Translations under genes and position numbers: made by a program
From: Gemmatimonadales bacterium
Lineage (GTDB): Bacteria; Gemmatimonadota; Gemmatimonadetes; Palauibacterales; Palauibacteraceae
NCBI GenBank assembly: GCA_050114915.1
Contig: JASFRN010000001.1
Location: 5,020-69,019 of the forward strand
DNA length: 64,000 bases
Direction: 5' to 3'
Notes under the pieces: generated by a model
Database searches by the model: none
What the model was told of the DNA's origin: nothing
The model's input: only the letters and a program-made list of their open reading frames with translations
Part shown: piece by piece, positions 1-12,748 of the stretch
Layout of the letters: every line of letters starts with the position of its first letter
How positions within the stretch are numbered: position 1 is the first letter of the stretch

Positions 1-257
1 GCACGCCGGGCAAGCGCCTGCTGGGCATCCGCGTGGTCCGGCTGGACGGGAAGCCGCTCGGGTACTGGGCGGCCTTCGAGCGCTACGGCGGGTACGCGGC
101 GTCCCTGTTCACCGGTCTCGAGGGCTTCGGCCGGCTGATCTGGGATCCGAACCGCCAGGCTCTCGAGGACAAGCTGGCCGGTACGGTGGTCCTGCGGGAC
201 ACCGCCGAAGCGCGCGCGAAGGTCGACGCGCTGCACGCCCGGGCGGTGTCCGCCTGA
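1..257 (+). CDS. RDD family membrane protein, C-terminal fragment (N-terminus lies outside the window)
   Basis: The frame is open from base 1. Its translation (...GKRLLGIRVVRLDGKPLGYWAAFERYGGYAASLFTGLEGFGRLIWD...) matches the RDD-domain C-terminal motif. The ORF track reports 33..257. Confidence 0.5.
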   Translation, partial: TPGKRLLGIRVVRLDGKPLGYWAAFERYGGYAASLFTGLEGFGRLIWDPNRQALEDKLAGTVVLRDTAEARAKVDALHARAVSA

Positions 258-278
258 CCGGTTGCCGCCCGACGACGG

Positions 279-1346
279 CTACGACCGGCTGATGCCGATG
301 TCTCCGCTGCCCGTCTCGATCTCGATACGGGCGCTGCCGCCCTCGCCGATCCGTCCCTCGATCTCGTCGTCCTGCCGCCGGAGCAGCGTGATCGGGAGGT
401 CGGTGCGAAGATCGCCCGAGCTCGTCTCGAGTCGGATGTCGCCCCGGTAGTCCCCGGGCACCGCGACGTCCACGTCGCCCGAGCCGGTGTCCACGCTGAT
501 CGAGGCGCTTCCGGCCACGGTCTCGATCTCGACACTGCCCGAGCCCGTGTCGACGCTGACCTCACCCGTGCGAGCTCCGAGCAGCGTCACGTCGCCGGAA
601 CCGGTGTCGATGCTGATCTCCGGCGCGTCGGCGCCGTCGACCCGCACGCTCCCCGATCCGGTGTCCACGTAGAGCTCCGGGCCGCGCATCGATCGTACGT
701 CGACGTCGCCGGAGCCGGTGTCGATGTTCACTTCGCCCTCGGCCCCGTCGACGGTCACGTCGCCCGAACCGGTGTCCAGGTTGAGCTCTCCGTGCGTCGC
801 GGCCGTGCTGATCGAACCGGAGCCGGTGTCGAGGAACAGGTCACCGTTCACGTTGCGCGCCTCGATCGTACCCGCCGCCAGGGCCACGTAGACGCGCTTC
901 CCCTCGGGCACCGCGATCTCGAGGTCGGCGTGCGCGTCCAGACCGTCGACCCGGTCGCCGATCCGCACCTTCCGGCCACGGTCCCTCCAGCCCCCGCCCC
1001 AGAACGTGCCGTCGTCGCGGACGCGGATCTCGGTGTTGCCCTGGAACTGCTCGTAATGGATCCGGTCGGACGGATAGATGACCCGCAGCGACTCGGTCTC
1101 GCCCCAGTCGTTGCTGCGCACGTCGACCGGTCCGGTCTGGATCTCGAGACGGCCGCCGTCCGCGCCGAGGCGGCGCACCGTCACGCTGACGTCGGATCCC
1201 GAGCCCGCGCTCAGCGAGACGCGGCCGGCGAGGTTGTAGATGGCCACGGAAGAGCCGCGCAGCGGAACCGTCTGCTCCTGGGCGCGCGCCGCGGCCGGCA
1301 ACGCGAGGAAAGCCGCCAGGGCGGCGAACGTGAGTCTGGTCTTCAT
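279..1346 (-). CDS. DUF4097-type repeat protein (putative adhesin-like beta-strand repeats), secreted
   Basis: The ORF is 279..1499. I place the start at the internal Met of MKTRLTFAALAAFLALPAAARA, a signal peptide. The protein carries about eight tandem DTGSGDV-containing repeats. Confidence 0.6.
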   Translation of the reverse strand: MKTRLTFAALAAFLALPAAARAQEQTVPLRGSSVAIYNLAGRVSLSAGSGSDVSVTVRRLGADGGRLEIQTGPVDVRSNDWGETESLRVIYPSDRIHYEQFQGNTEIRVRDDGTFWGGGWRDRGRKVRIGDRVDGLDAHADLEIAVPEGKRVYVALAAGTIEARNVNGDLFLDTGSGSISTAATHGELNLDTGSGDVTVDGAEGEVNIDTGSGDVDVRSMRGPELYVDTGSGSVRVDGADAPEISIDTGSGDVTLLGARTGEVSVDTGSGSVEIETVAGSASISVDTGSGDVDVAVPGDYRGDIRLETSSGDLRTDLPITLLRRQDDEIEGRIGEGGSARIEIETGSGDIGISRS

Positions 1347-1511
1347 CGGCACGTGCGTTCCTCCGTCAAGCGTGTGTAGTCGTCTTGGGTCGGATGACCG
1401 CTTAATGAGATGGTCCCGCCCGGGCGTTGGTTGACGAGCCTCCGTACGAGGCCGGCGGGCCCCGCGGTTTCGCGGTATCGCACCGGCCCGGCGACCCATA
1501 TCTTCGCGCCC

Positions 1512-3440
1512 ATGTCGACCAACGACTCATGGACCGCCGCCGACGCGGCCCGCCTGTACCAGATCGACCTGTGGGGACAGGGCTATTTCGCCGTCGGCGG
1601 TGACGGCCGACTGAAGGTTCGGCCCGACCGCACGACCGACAGCGAGATCGACCTGCCAGAGGTCGTCGAGGGCCTCGCGGAGCGCGACCTCCAGGCGCCG
1701 CTGCTCATCCGCTTTTCCGACATCCTGGCGGACCGGCTGCGCGGCCTGCACGGCGCGTTCGACCGGGCGATCCGCGAGCACGCGTACGGCGGCCGCTACG
1801 TGGCGGTGTACCCGATCAAGGTGAACCAGCAGCGCTCGGTCGTGGAGGAGGTGTACCGCTACGGCCGCGAGTTCGACTTCGGCCTCGAGGTGGGGTCGAA
1901 GCCGGAGCTCCTGGCGGTGATGGCGATGACCGCCGAGGCGGAGGAGCGCCTCATCGTCTGCAACGGCTTCAAGGACGACGAGTACATCGAGGCCGTGATC
2001 CTGTCGACGAAATTGGGCCGCAACATCATCCCCATCGTCGAGAAGTTCAGCGAGCTGAAGCTGATCCTGAAGCACGCGGCGGCGTACGGCGTGCGCCCGA
2101 AGATCGGGGTGCGGGTGAAGCTCGCGAGCCAGGGGGCGGGGCGCTGGCGGCTGTCGGCCGGGGAGCGCTCGAAGTTCGGGCTGTTCGTCAGCGAGATCCT
2201 CGACATGGTCGAGTTGCTGGCCGCGCACGACATGCTCGACTGCCTGAAGCTCATCCATTGTCACCCCGGCAGCCAGATCCAGGACATCCTCCGCCTCAAG
2301 GAGGCGATCGGGGAGCTCGGTCACATCTACGCGGAGCTCGTGGGTCTCGGGGTGCCGCTGGAGTACATCGACGTGGGCGGCGGGCTGGGCGTCGACTACG
2401 ACGGCAGCCGCACGGCGTCCGAGGCGTCGATGAACTACACGCTCGAGGAATACGCCACGGAGATCGTCTACCGCCTCCGGGGCGTGTGCGACGAGCGCGA
2501 CGTCCCCCATCCCACGATCATCAGCGAGTCGGGCCGGGCGATGACCGCCTACCAGAGTGTCCTGGTCGTGAACGTGCTCGGGGCCGCGGGTCCGCGGACC
2601 ACGCACCACGAGGTGGAGGACCTCGACGCCGAGGAGGACGACGTCCCGCAGCCGCTGCGCGATCTCGCCACCGCGTACGAGCATCTCGGCTCCACCAACC
2701 TCGTCGAGACCTATCACGACGCCGTGCAGGCGCGTGACGAGGCGATGGGCCTGTTCAAGCTCGGATACCTGAGCCTCGAACACCGCGGAATGGCCGAGCG
2801 GATGTTCTGGGCGATCTGCGCCCGCGTGCAGGACCTGTCGGCGGGGCTCGAGCGCGTGCCGGAGGAGATCGCGGAGCTCGAGGAGATCCTCAGCGAGACC
2901 TATTTCTGCAACTTCTCGCTGTTCCAGTCGCTGCCCGATTCGTGGGCGATCGACCAGCTGTTCCCGATCATGCCGATCCACCGCCTCGACGAGCGGCCGA
3001 CGCACCGGGCGGTGCTCGCCGACATGACCTGCGACTCGGACGGGAAGATCGATCGGTTCGTCGATGTGACCGACGTGCGCCGGACGCTGGACGTGCACGA
3101 GCTGCGCAGCGAGGAGGACTACTATCTCGCGGTGTTCCTCGTCGGCGCCTACCAGGAGATCCTGGGCGACCTGCACAACCTGTTCGGCGACACGAACGCC
3201 GTGCACGTGCGCCTGCACGAGGAGGGCGGCTGGTGGCTCGACCGCACCGTGAAGGGCGATACGGCGCGCGCCGTCCTGGGGTACATGCAGTACGACGTGG
3301 ACGACCTGCTGCCGCGGATCGAGCGGGACTGCGAGATCGCGGTGCGCGGGGGGCGGATGACGCTGGCCGAGAGCCGCATCCTGACGAAGTTCTACGAGAA
3401 GGCCCTCAACGGCTACACCTACCTGGAGAGCGATCGGTGA
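1512..3440 (+). CDS. speA: biosynthetic arginine decarboxylase
   Basis: The 1410..3440 ORF has an ATG at 1512 (MSTNDSWTAADAARLYQIDLWGQGYF...), the typical SpeA N-terminus. The product is full length (~640 aa) with PLP-fold decarboxylase motifs. Confidence 0.85.
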   Translation: MSTNDSWTAADAARLYQIDLWGQGYFAVGGDGRLKVRPDRTTDSEIDLPEVVEGLAERDLQAPLLIRFSDILADRLRGLHGAFDRAIREHAYGGRYVAVYPIKVNQQRSVVEEVYRYGREFDFGLEVGSKPELLAVMAMTAEAEERLIVCNGFKDDEYIEAVILSTKLGRNIIPIVEKFSELKLILKHAAAYGVRPKIGVRVKLASQGAGRWRLSAGERSKFGLFVSEILDMVELLAAHDMLDCLKLIHCHPGSQIQDILRLKEAIGELGHIYAELVGLGVPLEYIDVGGGLGVDYDGSRTASEASMNYTLEEYATEIVYRLRGVCDERDVPHPTIISESGRAMTAYQSVLVVNVLGAAGPRTTHHEVEDLDAEEDDVPQPLRDLATAYEHLGSTNLVETYHDAVQARDEAMGLFKLGYLSLEHRGMAERMFWAICARVQDLSAGLERVPEEIAELEEILSETYFCNFSLFQSLPDSWAIDQLFPIMPIHRLDERPTHRAVLADMTCDSDGKIDRFVDVTDVRRTLDVHELRSEEDYYLAVFLVGAYQEILGDLHNLFGDTNAVHVRLHEEGGWWLDRTVKGDTARAVLGYMQYDVDDLLPRIERDCEIAVRGGRMTLAESRILTKFYEKALNGYTYLESDR

Positions 3441-3454
3441 GCGAGGCGTGGCCG

Positions 3455-4333
3455 ATGTACCTCGGCGACGAGGTCTGGGAGGACGCCCCGGCGGGGAACG
3501 GCGAAGCCGCGGCGGTCATCATCCCCGTGCCCTACGATCTCACGAGCAGCTACAAGAAGGGGGCCGACCGCGGCCCGCGCGCGCTGCTCGAGGCGTCGGC
3601 CTACGTCGAACTCTACGACATCGAGACCGACAGCGAGCCCTGGCTGCGAGGGATCGAGACCGCGCCGCCCGTCGAGTGCGGGGAGTCGCCGGAGGAGCTG
3701 GCGCGCCTCGTCCACCACCGGGTGGCCGAGGTGCTGCGGCGGGACGCGATGCCGATCGTCCTCGGGGGTGAGCACTCCGTGACGATCGGGGCCGTCGAGG
3801 CGGCGGCCGCGGCGTCGAAGGCCGCAGGGCGGTCGTTCTCCGTCCTGCAGGTCGACGCCCACGCGGACACCCGCGAGTCCTATCACGGCTCGACGCACAA
3901 CCACGCCTGCGTGATGGCCCGCGCCAGGGAGCACGGACCGATCGTGCAGGTGGGAATCCGCGCGATCGACGCGTCCGAGCGCCCCGGGATGGACGAGGAG
4001 CGCGTCGTGTGGGGCCCGTCGATCGAGGCCGCCCGCCGCCGGGGCGAGAGCGGTTGGATGGATCGTGCGATCGACGGCCTCGCGGAGGACGTCTACCTGA
4101 CGATCGATCTCGACGCCTTCGACCCCTCCCTGGTGCCGGCCACCGGCACCCCGGAGCCCGGCGGCCTCGAGTGGTACGAGGTCAACGAGTTGATCCGCCG
4201 CCTCGTCGCCCGCCGGCGGCTGGTCGGCTTCGACGTGGTCGAGCTGCTGCCGCAACCCGGCGAGCACGCCAGCGATTTTCTCGCGGCGAAGCTGGTCTAC
4301 CGCGTACTCGCGGAAGCCTGGGCCGGCCGCTAG
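3455..4333 (+). CDS. speB: agmatinase / ureohydrolase (arginase family)
   Basis: MYLGDEVWEDAP...GGEHSVTIG...DAHADT...DLDAFDP are arginase-fold Mn-binding motifs. It sits immediately downstream of speA. An alternative GTG start at 3437 would overlap the speA stop as GTGA. Confidence 0.75.
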   Translation: MYLGDEVWEDAPAGNGEAAAVIIPVPYDLTSSYKKGADRGPRALLEASAYVELYDIETDSEPWLRGIETAPPVECGESPEELARLVHHRVAEVLRRDAMPIVLGGEHSVTIGAVEAAAAASKAAGRSFSVLQVDAHADTRESYHGSTHNHACVMARAREHGPIVQVGIRAIDASERPGMDEERVVWGPSIEAARRRGESGWMDRAIDGLAEDVYLTIDLDAFDPSLVPATGTPEPGGLEWYEVNELIRRLVARRRLVGFDVVELLPQPGEHASDFLAAKLVYRVLAEAWAGR

Positions 4334-4336
4334 CTC

Positions 4337-5389
<1,053 letters not shown>

Positions 5390-5540
5390 GGTCTTACCCC
5401 GCATTATCTCATGTCGAATATCGCCAACCGGACCGGCCGCGCCGGTCGTCGTCCGAACCGCCGGGAAGCTTACCCCCGTCGGCCGCCGCCGGGCAATCGT
5501 ACGGCTTGCCGGACACGCCGGGAGAGCGGACGTTCGGGCC

Positions 5541-6944
5541 ATGCACATTCAATTCTGGGGCGCCGCCCGCGAGGTGACCGGATCGATGCACCTGGTCGAC
5601 ACCGACCGCGGCCGCCTGCTCCTCGACTGCGGCCTCTACCAGGGGCACCGCCACCAGGCGTTCGAGCGGAACCGGGACCTGCCGTTCGACGCCGGGTCGA
5701 TCGACGCGGTGGTGCTCAGCCACGCGCACCTCGACCACGCCGGGAACCTCCCCTCGCTGGTCCGCTCGGGCTTTCGGGGTCGCATCTGGACCACGGCCGC
5801 GACGGCGGATCTCTGCCGCTACATGCTGATGGACTCCGCGCACATCCAGGTGAGCGACGTCGAGTACGTGAACCGACGTCGCAAGCGGCAGGGCCGGCGG
5901 CTGTTCGAGCCGCTGTACACGCCCGAGGACGTCGAGGCGACGCTGGAGCGTTTCCGGTCCGTCGACTACGGGCAGCCGTTCGAGCCCGTGAAAGGCACGC
6001 AGGCGCGGCTGGTCGACGCCGGGCACATCCTCGGATCGGCCACGGTCGTGCTCGACCTGGCGGGCGGCGGACGCGAGCGGAAGCTGGTGTTCAGCGGCGA
6101 CATCGGCCGGCGCGGGTTGCCGATCCTCCGCGACCCGGTGCGACCCGATGGCGCGGATCTGGTGATCATGGAGAGCACGTACGGCGATCGGATGCACGAG
6201 GAGGCCAGCCACGCGAAGCAGGTTCTCTCGGAGTGCGCGGCGATCGTGCAGGAGAGCAAGGGGATGCTGATCATCCCGGCGTTCGCCCTCGGGCGGACCC
6301 AGGAGGTCGTGTACCGGCTCAACCAGCTCTGGGAAGCGGGCGAGCTCCGCCGGTTGCCCATCTGGGTCGACAGCCCGCTCGCCACCAACGTGACGGACGT
6401 GTTCCGGCGTCATCCCGAGTGCTGGGACGCGGAGATGCTCCGGACCCTGAAGCACGATGCCGACAACGATCCGCTCGGCTTCGAGACGCTGACGTACACG
6501 CGGGACGTGTCGGAGTCGAAGGCCCTGAACGATCGCGACGGCCCCGGCGTCATCATCGCGGCGTCCGGCATGTGCGAGGCGGGGCGCGTCCTGCATCACC
6601 TGCGCAATCATGCGACGAAGCCCGGCAGCGTGGTCCTGTTCGTCGGGTACCAGGCGGAGCATACCCTCGGCCGCCGGATCCTCGACGGCATGAACCCGGT
6701 CCGGATCTATGGGGAAGAAGTGACGATCAGGGCGGAGGTCCGGCGGGCCGACGCCTACAGCGCCCACGCCGATCGGGCCGAGCTGCTCTCGTGGGCCGAT
6801 TCGGTTCGTGACCGGGGCCAGGTGGAGCGCTTCTTCCTGGTGCACGGCGAACCGGACGCGCAGGAGGCGCTCGCCGGCGGGCTGAAGAAACGGGGGGCGG
6901 CGGCCGTGGAGATCCCCGCGCGCGGCGAGACATTCGAATTCTGA
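5541..6944 (+). CDS. MBL-fold metallo-hydrolase, beta-CASP / RNA-specificity domain (RNase J-like)
   Basis: MHIQFWGAAREVTGSMHLVD...HAHLDHAG... are metallo-beta-lactamase HxHxDH motifs, followed by a beta-CASP region. The start is the ATG at 5541 inside the 5367..6944 ORF. Confidence 0.7.
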   Translation: MHIQFWGAAREVTGSMHLVDTDRGRLLLDCGLYQGHRHQAFERNRDLPFDAGSIDAVVLSHAHLDHAGNLPSLVRSGFRGRIWTTAATADLCRYMLMDSAHIQVSDVEYVNRRRKRQGRRLFEPLYTPEDVEATLERFRSVDYGQPFEPVKGTQARLVDAGHILGSATVVLDLAGGGRERKLVFSGDIGRRGLPILRDPVRPDGADLVIMESTYGDRMHEEASHAKQVLSECAAIVQESKGMLIIPAFALGRTQEVVYRLNQLWEAGELRRLPIWVDSPLATNVTDVFRRHPECWDAEMLRTLKHDADNDPLGFETLTYTRDVSESKALNDRDGPGVIIAASGMCEAGRVLHHLRNHATKPGSVVLFVGYQAEHTLGRRILDGMNPVRIYGEEVTIRAEVRRADAYSAHADRAELLSWADSVRDRGQVERFFLVHGEPDAQEALAGGLKKRGAAAVEIPARGETFEF

Positions 6945-6953
6945 GGGGTCGGC

Positions 6954-7778
6954 TTACCGGGCCTGCCCGGTAGCCGGCCGCTGGCGGGTGCGCGTCCCCG
7001 GCTCGTTGGTCGGTTCGATCCCGCCGCGCTCCTCCCACATCTTCAGGTTCGCCTCGATGATCTCGACGGCTCCGTCGACCGTGTCGACGCAGACCGGGAT
7101 TTCGACGTCGGGCGGATCGGCGAGCTGCCGCTGACCGTTCACCCAGCTCTTTCGTCCCCACTCGGCGAGGTCGCGCCACATCTCGCCCACGAAGATCAGC
7201 GGGCGGTCTTCGAGGTGACCCACCTGCGCGAGCTGCCACACGAGCATCGCCTCCAGCGTCGTGCCGATGCCGCCCGGCATCACGACGAAGGCGCTCGACA
7301 GGTGGACGAAGTGGTGCAGGCGCGAGAAGAACGTGCCGTGCTGGTAGAGCTTGTCGACGTATGGATTCGAGGTCTGCTCGTGGGGAAGGTCGACGTTGAG
7401 ACCGATCGAGTACGTGCGGTCGCCGACGTCGCCGAGTCGCTCCCCCTCGTTGGCCGCCTGCATGAGTCCCGGACCGCCGCCGGTGATGATGTCGATTCCC
7501 ATCCGCGACAGCTCGCGGGCCAGCCGGCGGACCTCGCCGTACAGGTGGTCGCCCTCGTGCATGCGGGACGAGCCGAAGATCGTCACCCGGTAGTACGTCG
7601 GGCGCGGCGGGAGGAGGGTGGACAGGTTGTCGACGACGCTCCAGAGTTCCCGCAGGGAGCTCTCGATCGACTTGTAGGCGTGACGCGACTCTTCGGCGCT
7701 CATCGGCGGCGAAGGGATCCGGAGCGCCAGCGGGCGAGGCGGCTCCTGGCGTGGCGTGTCGGCGGATTCGTCGTTCAT
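6954..7778 (-). CDS. LOG family protein (TIGR00730; cytokinin riboside 5'-monophosphate phosphoribohydrolase-like, often mis-called lysine decarboxylase)
   Basis: RVTIFGSSR...GIDIITGGGPGLM...PGGIGTLEE LOG motifs. AGGAAG lies 6 nt upstream of the ATG at 7778. Confidence 0.75.
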   Translation of the reverse strand: MNDESADTPRQEPPRPLALRIPSPPMSAEESRHAYKSIESSLRELWSVVDNLSTLLPPRPTYYRVTIFGSSRMHEGDHLYGEVRRLARELSRMGIDIITGGGPGLMQAANEGERLGDVGDRTYSIGLNVDLPHEQTSNPYVDKLYQHGTFFSRLHHFVHLSSAFVVMPGGIGTTLEAMLVWQLAQVGHLEDRPLIFVGEMWRDLAEWGRKSWVNGQRQLADPPDVEIPVCVDTVDGAVEIIEANLKMWEERGGIEPTNEPGTRTRQRPATGQAR

Positions 7779-7898
7779 GCGGTTCTTCCTGTCCTGCGCT
7801 TCCGTGTCGTAGGGCGTCGAGCCCGTCGGGCGGGCAGACGCCCTCGCTGTGTTGCGAAACCGGTGCCAGCGGCGACCTCCGGGTCCCGGCCCCGGCGG

Positions 7899-7927
7899 TT
7901 GAACGCCTCCGGCACCCGCGCTAAGAT
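7899..7927 (+). promoter_or_regulatory. candidate sigma70-type promoter for sdhCAB (TTGAAC-N17-TAAGAT)
   Basis: Read directly from the sequence: TTGAAC at 7899, a 17-nt spacer, then TAAGAT at 7922. It lies ~40 nt upstream of the sdhC start and its CAGGAG RBS. Confidence 0.3.
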
Positions 7928-7966
7928 TCCCAACCCCAACTCGTTCACCAGTATACAGGAGCCGGC

Positions 7967-8650
7967 ATGGAACGGGGCAGAGCGCTCTTCCGCACGACGA
8001 TCGGCCTGAAGGTGACGATGGCCGTCACCGGCATCGTGTGGGTCGGCTTCGTGATCGGCCACATGCTCGGCAATTTGAAGGTGTATCTCGGTCGGGAGGC
8101 CTTCAATCATTACGCCGAGGGCCTGCGAGTGTTCGGCGAGCCCTTCCTGCCCAGGGAAGGCGCCCTGTGGATCGCCCGTATCGTGCTGATCGTCGCGCTC
8201 GTCCTCCACGTCTGGTCGGCGTGGAAGCTCACGCGCCGGAGCCACGCGGCGCGCGAGGTCAAGTACCGCAAGCACGAGGCGATCGTGATGAGCCGTGCCT
8301 CGAAGGCGATGCGCTGGGGCGGCGTGATGCTGCTGGCGTTCATCGTTTTCCACATCCTGCACCTGACGCTCGGGACGGTCCACCCGGATTTCGTGCCCGG
8401 TGATCCGTATCACAACTTCGTCACCGGCTTCCAGGTGTGGCCCGTGTCCGCGTTCTACGTGCTCGCGATGGTCGCGCTCGGACTCCACCTGTACCACGGG
8501 GTCTGGAGCGGCCTCCAGACGCTCGGCTGGGGCGACGGCCAGCACCACGAGCACCGCTGGCACCGGAACCTCGCGCTCCTGATCGCGCTCGTCGTCATGC
8601 TCGGCAACATCTCATTCCCGGTCGCGGTGCTGGCCGGCATCGTGTCGTAG
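7967..8650 (+). CDS. sdhC: succinate dehydrogenase cytochrome b558 subunit
   Basis: Multi-TM protein with conserved His residues, resembling the B. subtilis-type SdhC. It directly precedes sdhA and sdhB. Confidence 0.8.
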   Translation: MERGRALFRTTIGLKVTMAVTGIVWVGFVIGHMLGNLKVYLGREAFNHYAEGLRVFGEPFLPREGALWIARIVLIVALVLHVWSAWKLTRRSHAAREVKYRKHEAIVMSRASKAMRWGGVMLLAFIVFHILHLTLGTVHPDFVPGDPYHNFVTGFQVWPVSAFYVLAMVALGLHLYHGVWSGLQTLGWGDGQHHEHRWHRNLALLIALVVMLGNISFPVAVLAGIVS

Positions 8651-8666
8651 GGGAGTAGTCTCTGCC

Positions 8667-10580
<1,914 letters not shown>

Positions 10581-11330
10581 ATGAATCTCACACTGCACGT
10601 ATGGCGCCAGGCGTCGTCCCGCGAGAAGGGCGGCTTCGTCACGTACGAGGCCGAGGGCGTCGACCGCCACATGTCGTTCCTCGAGATGCTCGACGTGGTC
10701 AACCAGGACCTCATCGAGCGCGGCGAGGAGCCGATCGCGTTCGACCACGACTGCCGCGAAGGGATCTGCGGCAGCTGCGGGATGGTCGTGAACGGGCGGC
10801 CGCACGGTCCGTGGGACCAGACGACGGTCTGCCAGCTCCACATGCGCGCCTACGACGACGGCGACGAGATCTGGATCGAGCCCTGGCGGGCCACGGCCTT
10901 CCCGGTCGTGAAGGACCTCATGGTCGACCGCTCGTCGTTCGACCGGATCATCGCCGCCGGCGGCTACATCACGGCGCGTACCGGGAGTCCCCCCGACGCG
11001 AACGCGATCCCCGTCCCGAAGGACGTCGCGGACCGGGCGATGGACGCGGCCGAGTGCATCGGGTGTGGGGCCTGCGTGGCCGCCTGCCCGAACGCCTCCG
11101 CGATGCTGTTCACCTCCGCCAAGGCCGCGCACCTCAACCTCATGCCGCAGGGACAGCCGGAGCGGTACGAGCGGGTGCTCGACATGGTCCTGCAGATGGA
11201 GTCCGAGAGCTTCGGCAACTGCACGAACCACGGGGCGTGTGAAGTCGCCTGTCCGAAGGGGATCAGCATCCAGAACATCGCGATGCTCAACCGCGACTAT
11301 CTCGCCGCGCTGGCGGGACGGACCGACTGA
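10581..11330 (+). CDS. sdhB: succinate dehydrogenase iron-sulfur subunit
   Basis: [11 protein letters not shown] ([2Fe-2S]) and [12 protein letters not shown] / [12 protein letters not shown] cluster motifs. Its start codon abuts the sdhA stop. Confidence 0.9.
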   Translation: MNLTLHVWRQASSREKGGFVTYEAEGVDRHMSFLEMLDVVNQDLIERGEEPIAFDHDCREGICGSCGMVVNGRPHGPWDQTTVCQLHMRAYDDGDEIWIEPWRATAFPVVKDLMVDRSSFDRIIAAGGYITARTGSPPDANAIPVPKDVADRAMDAAECIGCGACVAACPNASAMLFTSAKAAHLNLMPQGQPERYERVLDMVLQMESESFGNCTNHGACEVACPKGISIQNIAMLNRDYLAALAGRTD

Positions 11331-11371
11331 AGCTCCTGGCGTTCGTCGCGTTCGGCGGCGCCGTCGGGGCC

Positions 11372-11713
11372 GTGGCGCGCTACGGCGTCAGCGGATGGGT
11401 GCACGGCTTCGCCGGGACGGCGTTTCCGTGGGGCACGCTCGCGGTGAACGTCGCCGGCGCCTTCGTGCTCGGGTTCACGCTGCGCGTCCTCCAGGCGTCG
11501 ATCGCCCCGCCGGAGATCCGCGGGTTCCTCACGGTCGGTCTCCTCGGCGCGTTCACGACTTTCAGCACGTTCACCTACGAGGCGGTCGCCCTGATCCAGG
11601 ACGGCGAATGGACCCGCGCCTCGCTCTACCTCGGCGGCAGCGTCGTCGCCGGGGTCGCGGCGGTGGTCGCGGGGATCGGCCTCGCGGCCGTCCTCTTCCA
11701 GGCGAGAGGCTGA
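11372..11713 (+). CDS. crcB: fluoride ion channel CrcB/FluC (start probably upstream, see findings)
   Basis: GFAGTAFPWGTLAVNVAGAFVLGF...GLLGAFTTFSTF are CrcB motifs. The in-frame upstream peptide [16 protein letters not shown] is the canonical CrcB N-terminus but has no ATG/GTG/TTG. A CTG at 11327 overlaps the sdhB stop. Confidence 0.7.
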   Translation: MARYGVSGWVHGFAGTAFPWGTLAVNVAGAFVLGFTLRVLQASIAPPEIRGFLTVGLLGAFTTFSTFTYEAVALIQDGEWTRASLYLGGSVVAGVAAVVAGIGLAAVLFQARG

Positions 11714-11717
11714 CGAG

Positions 11718-12089
11718 ATGGAACGAGGGATCGAAGGCGAGCGGACCCTGATGCGGGTGTTCATCGGCGAATCGGACCGTTGCCGGTCCGGGCCGCACGC
11801 CGGGAAGCCCCTCTACGAGGCGATTCTCCTCACCCTGCGGGAGGCCGGGATCGCCGGCGCCACGGTCCTGCGCGGGATCGCCGGCTTCGGCGCCTCCGCC
11901 GTGATCCACACCGAGAAGATCCTCCGCCTCTCTCTCGACCTCCCGGTGATCATCGAGGCCGTGGACGAGGAGGAGCGGATCCAGGACGTCCTCCCGATGC
12001 TCGACGGGCTGATCGGCGGCGGACTCATCACGCTGGAGCGGGCCCGCGTCGTCCTCTACCGACCCGCGGACGACGCCGACCGCGGATGA
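11718..12089 (+). CDS. DUF190 (PII-like) protein, the usual CrcB partner
   Basis: MERGIEGERTLMRVFIGESDR...GGLITLERARVV. It sits 4 nt after crcB. The DUF190-crcB pairing is an established association. Confidence 0.75.
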   Translation: MERGIEGERTLMRVFIGESDRCRSGPHAGKPLYEAILLTLREAGIAGATVLRGIAGFGASAVIHTEKILRLSLDLPVIIEAVDEEERIQDVLPMLDGLIGGGLITLERARVVLYRPADDADRG

Positions 12090-12748
12090 AGCCGCGCGGT
12101 TTCAGCGACGAGCAGGTCGACCGCCTCGGTGTCCTGTGGGGCGAGATGCTCGCGCATCCGCTGCTGCGCGGCATGCGGGACGGCAGCCTCGACGGTGAGG
12201 CGCTCGTCCGCTGGATGCGGCAGGACTACCTGTTCGTATCGGCGGCGATCCCGTTCCTCGCGGCGCTGATCCCCCGCGGGCCCGCCAGCCACTGGCAGCC
12301 GCTGGCCCGCGCCGTCGGCGCGCTGGAGCGCGAGATCCGGCTGTTCGAGGAGCAGGCGGAGGGGCTCGGCGTGGCCCTCAAGGGGGCGGTGCCCTCGGAG
12401 ACGGTGAACGCGTTCAACCAGTTCCTGCTGGCCACCGCCCAGCAGTCGTCCTACGAAGAGGCGTTCGCCGTGCTCTACGCGGCGCACCGGGCGACGCACG
12501 AGTCGTTCAAGTACGTGAAGGCCGGTCTCGCGCCGGACTCGCCGGTCGGGCCGTTCGTCAAGAACTGGGCGGGTCGCGAGTTCGGCTTCTACCTCGGCTA
12601 CCTGGGCACCGAGCTCGACCGGCTGGCCGAGGAAGCGAGCCCGGAGACCCTGGCGGGCATGGCCGACGTGTTCGAACGGGTCGTACGGTACGAAATCGCC
12701 TTCTTCGACGCCGTGCTCAATGGCCAGGACTGGCCGCCGGCGGACTGA
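12086..12748 (+). CDS. tenA: TenA/THI-4 family protein (thiaminase II / aminopyrimidine aminohydrolase-like)
   Basis: The ATG at 12086 overlaps the DUF190 stop as ATGA. MKPRGFSDEQVDRLGVLWGEMLAHPLLRGMRDGSL... is TenA-like. Confidence 0.7.
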   Translation: MKPRGFSDEQVDRLGVLWGEMLAHPLLRGMRDGSLDGEALVRWMRQDYLFVSAAIPFLAALIPRGPASHWQPLARAVGALEREIRLFEEQAEGLGVALKGAVPSETVNAFNQFLLATAQQSSYEEAFAVLYAAHRATHESFKYVKAGLAPDSPVGPFVKNWAGREFGFYLGYLGTELDRLAEEASPETLAGMADVFERVVRYEIAFFDAVLNGQDWPPAD

